Notes: generated by a model not told the origin, from the letters alone. Shown: positions 7,262 to 14,074, numbered from the stretch's first letter. The stretch: DNA of 32,000 nucleotides from Nitrosotalea sp. (GCA_050749405.1 JBOGRD010000015.1:4581-36580), one strand, 5' to 3'. Program-made: numbers and translations.

Positions 7262-8050
7262 ATGGCGTCAGCAACACATGTCACTTGGGGCCTTGGTAAC
7301 TCACTTATCATATCGCTGATTGCCATTCTGTATATTCTACTTCCACTGCCTTTCTTTTTAATTGGAAAAGCTGACAGCAAAACCATATTGAGCTTTTACC
7401 AGTATACATTACCATTTCTTTCCGGCGGTTTGATTCTGCTCTTTCTATTCAAGCAGAACAGAATAGTCACTCCTACAAAAAAAGAGAAGGAAAGAATTGG
7501 CTCAGAGAGAAGGCAGATAATCAGGCTGGGTACACTTGCAGGTTGTGTAGCCTCATTTTCCATATTAGTGCCAATATTTTTGGGCGAGTACTTTACTAAT
7601 TTACCTGAAGGTACGTATCTATCAGTACTTGGGGCGGTGATGGGCAATTATATCGGAAATACCCATTACAGTTTTCTACTGGGTTTTATGGCACATCTGA
7701 TAACCGGTACTGCCATAGGCGCAGCATTTGGTTGTATAATGTCGATATCTGAGATCTTTGATTTGAGGCGTCAAAGTCAGACAATAGCATTTGGCACAGG
7801 TGCAGGCTTTATCACTTTTCTGGCCCTTTTCAATCCCATCTCCCGCCTAGGTATCGAACCGTATCTGCAACAATCGCTACAAATTACAATGAGCGGTGCT
7901 AACCAAATAGCAATTGAGAATGCCGCAAGGAACATAATGTCGAATTTGCTGGCAGGCTCTCTTCTCATACACCTAATTTACGGATTCATACTGGGGGTAA
8001 CTTTTTACACTCTGGCAAGAAAGTATTCCAGGTTCGGTAGATATTACTAG
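7262..8050 (+). CDS. Integral membrane protein, paralog of 5850..6407 with N-terminal extension
   Basis: 262 aa, multi-pass. Shares the His-bearing helix motifs with the 185-aa protein. Confidence 0.75.
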   Translation: MASATHVTWGLGNSLIISLIAILYILLPLPFFLIGKADSKTILSFYQYTLPFLSGGLILLFLFKQNRIVTPTKKEKERIGSERRQIIRLGTLAGCVASFSILVPIFLGEYFTNLPEGTYLSVLGAVMGNYIGNTHYSFLLGFMAHLITGTAIGAAFGCIMSISEIFDLRRQSQTIAFGTGAGFITFLALFNPISRLGIEPYLQQSLQITMSGANQIAIENAARNIMSNLLAGSLLIHLIYGFILGVTFYTLARKYSRFGRYY

Positions 8051-8118
8051 TGAACCCCAGTTCTACTTTTTTGTTCTGGTTACTGTAGGGCCTGCGGTTA
8101 CAGAATGTTCTTGTAAGA

Positions 8119-8229
8119 TTATGCGTTGAGCCAACAGCAACAATCATCCAGAGTGCAATTTGGACATTCTCTTCCCGATTTCCTGGATTTGCACTCTTCT
8201 GGCAAACACCCGCAATCTGCACATGTCAT
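8119..8229 (-). CDS. Very Cys-rich 36-aa peptide (9 Cys), zinc-ribbon/metallothionein-like (below ORF-track cut-off)
   Basis: Hand translation: MTCADCGCLPEECKSRKSGRECPNCTLDDCCCWLNA. The ATG lies 19 nt downstream of the stop of the 8248..8730 membrane gene on the same strand. A different-frame 78-aa track ORF (7986..8222) looks random. Confidence 0.4.
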   Translation of the reverse strand: MTCADCGCLPEECKSRKSGRECPNCTLDDCCCWLNA

Positions 8230-8247
8230 TTTACTATTCAAACATGG

Positions 8248-8730
8248 TCACTTTGTAATCTTACACTGTGCTGTTATCCCCTTCACGGAAACATAGTAAG
8301 TGTATCCCAAAATACCAATAGAAACCAGACGTAACGGAATCTCATAGTTAGTAAGAAAGGCAGTTGCAGTCCCACCAACGGCCCCAAATGCCGATACAAT
8401 TGCAAATCCAATGGACCCACAGCTGCAAGTTCCGGCACTTGCTCCAATTATGGAACCCAAAAATCCAGTTCCTGATTTCCTAACTCCACTTTTCATCAAT
8501 CTAATACGATAGATGCTAAGGCTAATGACAATTCCAGATAGAGCTGCAACTATTACAATTAAAACAAAATTAGCAATCTCATATGTTGGAACATAAAAAA
8601 GAAAATTTGGTGAAAAGAAGATAAATTCCGAGATTATAGAGAGAGCTATTAGTAGAGATGAAAATATGGATATGGTCAAAGCTAGGTATCTTTTTCTTGA
8701 AAAGACTAGTCGTAATGCTTCTCTTTGCAA
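8248..8730 (-). CDS. 160-aa four-segment membrane protein with intramembrane CSC motif (paralog B of 3384..3866)
   Basis: Same length and architecture as paralog A. GSIIGASAGTCSCGSIGFAIVSAFGAVGG aligns with GVIASGCPVCTAPLLGVFGLGGA. Shared C-terminal YY.S.K...A.CK. TTG start. Confidence 0.7.
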   Translation of the reverse strand: MQREALRLVFSRKRYLALTISIFSSLLIALSIISEFIFFSPNFLFYVPTYEIANFVLIVIVAALSGIVISLSIYRIRLMKSGVRKSGTGFLGSIIGASAGTCSCGSIGFAIVSAFGAVGGTATAFLTNYEIPLRLVSIGILGYTYYVSVKGITAQCKITK

Positions 8731-8789
8731 TCTACCCTTTCAGGGTGAAACAAATTATTTAACAATATTTCCAATTTGAGTATATTATC

Positions 8790-8802
8790 TTGAACTGTTA
8801 AA
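8790..8802. promoter_or_regulatory. Palindrome variant TTGAACTGTTAAA (site 3, divergent region between 8248..8730 and DsbA-like gene)
   Basis: 12 of 13 positions match. The flank CTTGAACTGTTAAAGTTTTGATTGATTTG...ATTTGGAAAAAA parallels site 2. Confidence 0.45.
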
Positions 8803-8881
8803 GTTTTGATTGATTTGAGTTTCATCTCAGAATCAATTTGGAAAAAAGGTTAAATCATAAAACCCAGTCTAAACTGCAGCA

Positions 8882-9805
8882 ATGAAACAAATTCATAGAT
8901 TATTTGTTCTATCTTCTATCTTGCTGATTGCTGGTACTTCTTATGCTTATGCTCAATATGGTGATAACATGCAAGGAAATAGCATGATGAATAATACGAT
9001 GTCTGGCGGGGGATCTAGCAGCAACCAAGCCATGATGAATGATAAGAACATGTCAAGTAGCATGATGAACGGTGGAAACATGTCAGGTGGCGGCTGGGGC
9101 AACAACAATACAATGATGAATGAAAGTAGCATGATGATGTCAAGCGGTAGTATTGATCTGTCAATGGCATCACCAGTACGAGGTTCTACAAGTGCTCCTG
9201 TTACAATAGTTGAATTTGGGGACTATCAGTGTCCAAAGTGTGATGCATGGTTCAAAAATGAAGAGCCTGCCATCCAGTCCAATTACATTGATACCAATAA
9301 GGCCAAGCTATACTATGTCGACTTTCCGTTCTTGGGTGCTGATTCACCAGTGGCAGCCCAAGCTGCACATTGTGCGGGAGATCAGGGAAAGTACTGGGAG
9401 TATCATGATTATTTGTATGCCAATCAACAAGGCGTTCAAAGCGGATGGGCAAGTGCAGACAACCTGAAATCATATGCTGCTACTTTAGGACTTGATACAG
9501 CCAAGTTCAACTCTTGCCTTGATTCTGGGAAATATGCTGACGCAGTATCCCATAACAAGGACATCGGAGTTTCAAAGGGAATACAAGGAACACCGGCATT
9601 TTTCATAATTGGACCCACCGGTACCATGACTGAGATCATGGGACCGCAACCTGCATCTGAGTTTTCTACGGTAATTGACCAAATAAGCACTCAGACAGTA
9701 CCTGAGTTTGGTTCCATTGCATCAATTGTGTTAATCGTTGCCGTAATTAGTGTAGTCGTGTTAACTGCAAAAACTAGAGTGACCTCAAGACTGAATTTGG
9801 TTTAG
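8882..9805 (+). CDS. DsbA-family thiol:disulfide oxidoreductase with Met/Asn-rich N-region and PEFG-type C-terminal anchor
   Basis: 307 aa. Signal peptide (LFVLSSILLIAGTSYAYA), then a low-complexity Met-rich segment, then the DsbA-like core VTIVEFGDYQCPKCDAWF...GIQGTPAFFI. The C-terminus is VPEFG plus a hydrophobic helix plus a basic tail. Confidence 0.85.
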   Translation: MKQIHRLFVLSSILLIAGTSYAYAQYGDNMQGNSMMNNTMSGGGSSSNQAMMNDKNMSSSMMNGGNMSGGGWGNNNTMMNESSMMMSSGSIDLSMASPVRGSTSAPVTIVEFGDYQCPKCDAWFKNEEPAIQSNYIDTNKAKLYYVDFPFLGADSPVAAQAAHCAGDQGKYWEYHDYLYANQQGVQSGWASADNLKSYAATLGLDTAKFNSCLDSGKYADAVSHNKDIGVSKGIQGTPAFFIIGPTGTMTEIMGPQPASEFSTVIDQISTQTVPEFGSIASIVLIVAVISVVVLTAKTRVTSRLNLV

Positions 9806-9927
9806 AATTATCGAGAATTTTTTAATAGCCAAGATTCGGGTTTACAAGATTCATAACAATATTGTTTACCTAATTGGAATTAGTGAATCCTGTAATGACA
9901 CATACTCAAAGCAAATTACAATCTCTG

Positions 9928-10058
9928 ATTTTTTTCAAGATCAGCAACATATTGCCTGTATGAATTCAGCAGCATATCGTACAAATCAAACAACCTTGAG
10001 GCCGAAGGTCCTAGAATTGCTGCACTGATCTCAGGATCATTTATCATGTTTTCAGGCT
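9928..10058. repeat. 131-bp direct repeat, copy 1
   Basis: Matches 12088..12218 at a constant offset of 2160 bp, with 2 mismatches (9940 and 10028). On the minus strand it covers 11 nt of leader plus the first 40 codons of a 43-aa ORF (10047..9916, MINDPEISAAILGPSASRLFDLYDMLLNSYRQYVADLEKNQRL). Confidence 0.9.
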
Positions 10059-10088
10059 GGCGCAGTTTTTTATTTTCATTGACCTAAC

Positions 10089-10283
10089 TCACTCCAGACT
10101 TTCTGCTAGCTTGTCAAAGGATTGGTTCCATCCCTGCTTCATATTATCTAGCATTGTAAAATTGATTACCTCCGTAGTGGGATATTTCAAAGTCATTTTT
10201 GTCTTGCCGCCTTGATCTTCAAAAGCAATCGGAAACCCTTCATCACAGGCATATCTTTTAATAGTTATGTAACCATAATGTTG
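10089..10283 (-). pseudogene. 3' fragment of an SRPBCC/AHSA1-like gene (about 64 C-terminal codons, no start)
   Basis: Hand translation: QHYGYITIKRYACDEGFPIAFEDQGGKTKMTLKYPTTEVINFTMLDNMKQGWNQSFDKLAESLE. The ending ...GW...F.KLA..LE is typical of this fold family. The frame is closed by a stop at 10284-10286, where the AbiEi region begins. Confidence 0.5.
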
Positions 10284-10295
10284 TTAGAAGACATT

Positions 10296-11117
10296 ATGGT
10301 AGCACAGAAATTAAGACTAGGCCCTACAGAATTAAAGCTATGGCTCACACTGGAGAAGGAAGGGAAGTCTGTCTTCAAGACGGATGACGCGTATAGGATT
10401 TTAGGAACAAGCAAGGACTCTGTGAACACTGCCCTTTACAGGCTCAGAAATAAAGGAAGAATTAGGGAGATAGAACGTGGCAAATACCTCCTGATCCCTG
10501 CCAAATCAGGAATTGAAGGCAAGTGGGCTGAAACGCCCTTTCTTATTGCGTCAGAACTCGTGCATCCACACTACATTGGTTTCTGGTCTGCGCTAAATTA
10601 TTGGGGCATGACAGAACAGGTGCCTGATATAACATATGTAGTTACAACAAAAAGAAGGAAAAAGAAAGAGCTAACATATGGACCAATCAATTTCGAGTTC
10701 ATCACACTTTCAAAAAAGAAATTCTTTGGAATCGTAGAAGAGAAAATCGAGGACGGAGCATTTAACATCTCTTCCAGAGAAAAAACAGTCGTAGATTGTC
10801 TTTTGTATCCGCAGTACAGCGGTGGCATTGACGAAACGATTAAGGGAATATGGGAATCACAGGACGAGCTTGACTTTGAAAAGATTCTTGATTACTCCAA
10901 GAAAATAGATGTGGATGTTGTCACCCGCAGAATTGGATACATACTGGATATGCTTGGAATTAAAAGTGACATTACGGAAAAAATTGCAAAAGAAAAGCCG
11001 AAAGGTTTCATGTGGCTTGACCCAATCGGACCAAAGAAAGTTCTAGATTATGCGAAGAAATATGGTCTTATCATAAACAGGACAAAGAAGGATCTGACTA
11101 GCTGGATGGGATACTAA
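10296..11117 (+). CDS. AbiEi-family antitoxin / wHTH transcriptional regulator (type IV TA)
   Basis: N-terminal wHTH-like LKLWLTLEKEGKSVFKTDDAYRILGTSKDSVNTALYRLRNKGRIREIERGKYLL. Placed directly upstream of an AbiEii gene with a 1-nt stop/start overlap. Start uncertain: ATG 10296 or 10278, while the track start at 10212 is probably too long. Confidence 0.8.
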   Translation: MVAQKLRLGPTELKLWLTLEKEGKSVFKTDDAYRILGTSKDSVNTALYRLRNKGRIREIERGKYLLIPAKSGIEGKWAETPFLIASELVHPHYIGFWSALNYWGMTEQVPDITYVVTTKRRKKKELTYGPINFEFITLSKKKFFGIVEEKIEDGAFNISSREKTVVDCLLYPQYSGGIDETIKGIWESQDELDFEKILDYSKKIDVDVVTRRIGYILDMLGIKSDITEKIAKEKPKGFMWLDPIGPKKVLDYAKKYGLIINRTKKDLTSWMGY

Positions 11118-11911
11118 TGATCAGCAAAGACGAGCTAAAGAGATTGGCGGGAGAGAAAAACATCAATGTGTCATCTCTGAGCAAGGACTATGCTCTTGGA
11201 TGGATCTTGTTTGGAATATCAAAAAGCTCTGTAACAAACAAACTTGTATTCAAGGGAGGAACAGCACTTTCCAAAATCTACTTTCCGGAAAACTGGAGGC
11301 TCTCAGAGGATTTGGACTTCACCATACTTGATACGGAAACTGGTCTTGATTCAATAGTAAAGATACTCAAGAACGAAGTACCCGCTATAATTCAAAGAGA
11401 AAATGGGATGATAGTGGTTTTGAAGGACAGACCACATACCAACGTAGGTTACCTTCAGAGCAGGTTCCAGTATACGGGTCCTCTCGGAAAAGATATTATA
11501 AAGATCGAGATCTCAAGGGAGGAGGTAATTGGCGAATTCAAAATTGAAAGGGTTCCACGTGTTTTTGATTATCCGGAATTTGAGGCATGTGTCTACTCGC
11601 TGAAAGATATTCTTGCTGAAAAGATGCGTTCCATGCTACAGCGCAAGAGGATAAGAGACTATTATGATGTTTGGAGATTGCTGAAAGTAAGAAAGTTCGA
11701 CAAGGAAAAAGTGACGAATCTATTTTTGGAAAAATGCAAGAGCAAAGGAATTCAGTTCAATGATGTGGACCAATTCTTTCCTGATGATCTAGTTAGTACG
11801 CTTGAACCCTATTTGGAAAAAGGACTTGGCAGGTTAAGCAGAGAGAAACTTACTCCCATCCAAACAATTCTTAATGAATTAAAAAAGTCGTTGAAAGAGT
11901 TTCTTGGATGA
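11117..11911 (+). CDS. AbiEii/AbiGii-family nucleotidyltransferase toxin (type IV TA)
   Basis: 264 aa. The motif LVFKGGTALSKIYFPENWRLSEDLDFT matches the family signature (KGGTAL...R.SEDIDF). Confidence 0.85.
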   Translation: MISKDELKRLAGEKNINVSSLSKDYALGWILFGISKSSVTNKLVFKGGTALSKIYFPENWRLSEDLDFTILDTETGLDSIVKILKNEVPAIIQRENGMIVVLKDRPHTNVGYLQSRFQYTGPLGKDIIKIEISREEVIGEFKIERVPRVFDYPEFEACVYSLKDILAEKMRSMLQRKRIRDYYDVWRLLKVRKFDKEKVTNLFLEKCKSKGIQFNDVDQFFPDDLVSTLEPYLEKGLGRLSREKLTPIQTILNELKKSLKEFLG

Positions 11912-12087
11912 AATTCTTATCTCTTATTCCCTGTATTCATCTGACGAAGCAGAGCGACTAATCTCCGAAGGTGGGCAATACGTCGGAACGTTACCAAATG
12001 GAAAGGTAGTCGTCAAAAAGGTGCCCAGTAAAACAGTTTTGGCTGGTCCGTGGGTTACCGCCAGAACTGTAGTGGGCACCAAACCAC

Positions 12088-12218
12088 ATTTTTTTCAAGC
12101 TCAGCAACATATTGCCTGTATGAATTCAGCAGCATATCGTACAAATCAAACAACCTTGAGGCCGAAGGTCCTAGAATTGCTGCACTGCTCTCAGGATCAT
12201 TTATCATGTTTTCAGGCT
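12088..12218. repeat. 131-bp direct repeat, copy 2
   Basis: 129 of 131 positions identical to 9928..10058. On the minus strand the ORF continues into a different tail (…AELEKNVVWCPLQFWR). The upstream context is closed by stops (TAA TGA TGA). Confidence 0.9.
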
Positions 12219-12373
12219 TGCAAGATCATCATTAGGCATGCTTACAGATTGCAATATGTTGTTAAAATTTTGATTGGTTGCTTCACTTCAATAGCAGAAA
12301 GGGGCAACACCATGTTCAAGGTCCCAGTCACAAGTCCCAGTACGATGTTGCCACATTAATAGGAATTAACAGA

Positions 12374-12431
12374 TGCGGTCTACATAACCAAGGGGTTGCC
12401 AGTTCCGATGAATGATGAAGTGTAGACCGCA
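12374..12431. repeat. Perfect 11-bp inverted repeat (TGCGGTCTACA / TGTAGACCGCA) with 36-nt spacer
   Basis: Read directly. Arms at 12374..12384 and 12421..12431. The loop is TAACCAAGGGGTTGCCAGTTCCGATGAATGATGAAG. Confidence 0.8.
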
Positions 12432-12754
12432 GTGATTGTGTTTGTTTTACAATATCTAAGGGTGTTCTATCAATTTTACATATGTTATGTAGAACTATAT
12501 TCCCATGACAGAAATGCTCATGAATTTATTGCAGGCCCACTTTATGTGTACATTTTAAAAGCGCATCACTGATCCCAACTTGTCTGCCTTTACAAAACCA
12601 AAGTAATTGTGAATCTAAAGATAAATGCCATACAATATCATCTTCTAAAATCAAAAATGATTCATGCAATTTTTTGCAATCATTTGAATGCGTTAATCTA
12701 GAATTAACATGACACAAATAATGGCAATGTCTAGCGTCTAACGCGTAAGGATTT

Positions 12755-14074
12755 ATGATATTACAAGATTGGTGGTTCACTACTCTTATGGGAGTAAAAG
12801 AACCCATGAGGCCTCCACTGAAAGGAGACATCAAGACAGATGTCTTGATCGTAGGTGCCGGTGCAGCTGGTCTTGCATCTGCTCTCAGACTTGCAGATTC
12901 GGGAAGAAAAGTTACCTTGATTGACAAAAATATCTGCGGTGGAAGCTCAACAGGCAAGAGCGCAGGTTTTCTTACTCCTGACAGCGAGCTTGAACTATCC
13001 CAGCTGTTGCGCAGATATGGTACAAAGGGTGCAAAGGAATTGTGGGAGGTTGCTGCAAAAGGTGTGGAAATAATGGTATCGAACATCAAAGAGCACAAAA
13101 TAGAGTGTGATCTTCAGGTACAGGACTGTCTTTACATAGGAAAAGGCAAAGGCGGGTGGAAAGATGTCCAAGAAGAGGTAGAGGCACGCAAGAAGCTTGG
13201 ATACTCTAGTACGATATACACAGAATCAGAGGTGCCTTCTGTTCTTGGTTCAAAGGCATATTCTGGAGCAATTAGATACACGGGAACATACGGAGTAAAT
13301 CCACTCCTTTACGCACAGGGAATAAAGGGGGTTCTCTTAGACAAGGGAGTTGAGATCTACGAATCCTCGGAAGCACTCTCCTGTGATGACCATACTGTCC
13401 GTACACATCTTGGATCTGCCACTGCAGACGAGATCATCTTTTGCATTGACAAACCAAAACAAGACATGACAAAATATTATGAGAACGTATATCATGCGCA
13501 GACTTTTCTCTCTGTTAGTGAACCGTTAGGAGATGACGATATTGCAGAGCTCTTCCCCCAAGGCCCGCTACAATGCTGGGACTCTGATCTTATCTATACA
13601 TATTTTCGGCTAACTGGAACAAAGCGGTTGCTAGTTGGAGGAGGAAATATGCTAACAACTTATGCAAAAAATGACACCACAAATTCTCATGTCATAAATC
13701 GAGCCATAGGCAATTTGAAGGAGAAAATTCCTTCAATTAGGAACCTAAGATTCATCCAGTATTGGCAGGGCCGCATCGACATGACACGAGATCTCATTCC
13801 GACCGTAGTGAGGGATCCTGCAAGACCTTGGATTCATTTTGTGCTAGGATGTGTGGGGTTGCCATGGGCTACATTCTGTGGAGATTTTGCCGCAAGAAAT
13901 GTGCTTGACAACAAGGAAATTGACAATGAGAAATTTTACCGATATTTTTCACCTGACAGAAAGTTTCTCATACCAATATGGATGGAAAACATACTAGGCA
14001 AACAGCTAGTCTTTACCATCAATAACGCATGGGCCAAGTACAGGCAAAAAGACACAACAAGTAAAAATCAGTAA
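12755..14074 (+). CDS. FAD-dependent oxidoreductase (DAO/glycine-oxidase-like family)
   Basis: 439 aa. N-terminal dinucleotide-binding motif DVLIVGAGAAGLASALRLADSGRKVTLIDK...GGSSTGKSAG. Confidence 0.85.
   Translation: MILQDWWFTTLMGVKEPMRPPLKGDIKTDVLIVGAGAAGLASALRLADSGRKVTLIDKNICGGSSTGKSAGFLTPDSELELSQLLRRYGTKGAKELWEVAAKGVEIMVSNIKEHKIECDLQVQDCLYIGKGKGGWKDVQEEVEARKKLGYSSTIYTESEVPSVLGSKAYSGAIRYTGTYGVNPLLYAQGIKGVLLDKGVEIYESSEALSCDDHTVRTHLGSATADEIIFCIDKPKQDMTKYYENVYHAQTFLSVSEPLGDDDIAELFPQGPLQCWDSDLIYTYFRLTGTKRLLVGGGNMLTTYAKNDTTNSHVINRAIGNLKEKIPSIRNLRFIQYWQGRIDMTRDLIPTVVRDPARPWIHFVLGCVGLPWATFCGDFAARNVLDNKEIDNEKFYRYFSPDRKFLIPIWMENILGKQLVFTINNAWAKYRQKDTTSKNQ

Noticed and set aside
7986-8222. 78-aa minus-strand ORF between the convergent membrane genes
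   Set aside because: Its composition looks random, and it overlaps the end of 7262..8050. The different-frame 36-aa Cys-rich ORF (8119..8229) is the more plausible coding reading of this segment.
11904-12359. 151-aa plus-strand ORF following the AbiEii gene
   Set aside because: It reads straight through repeat copy 2 in a Cys/His/Gln-rich, improbable frame and starts at TTG overlapping the toxin stop. It is more likely a chance frame across rearranged fragments. The first ~60 codons (…SDEAERLISEGGQYVGTLPNGKVVVKKV…) could be a gene remnant I cannot identify.
12400-12460. Possible C/D-box sRNA (ATGATGA C-box-like heptamer at ~12411)
   Set aside because: No CTGA D box or C'/D' pair lies at suitable spacing downstream. 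The heptamer sits in the loop of the 11-bp inverted repeat.
12526-13098. 190-aa minus-strand ORF, including a Cys/His-rich C-terminal stretch (12526-12750) that superficially resembles a zinc finger
   Set aside because: Most of it is antisense to the FAD oxidoreductase. The non-overlapping tail has no ATG/GTG start and no recognisable finger spacing. I could not support it as a gene, though a small non-canonical-start ORF cannot be fully excluded.
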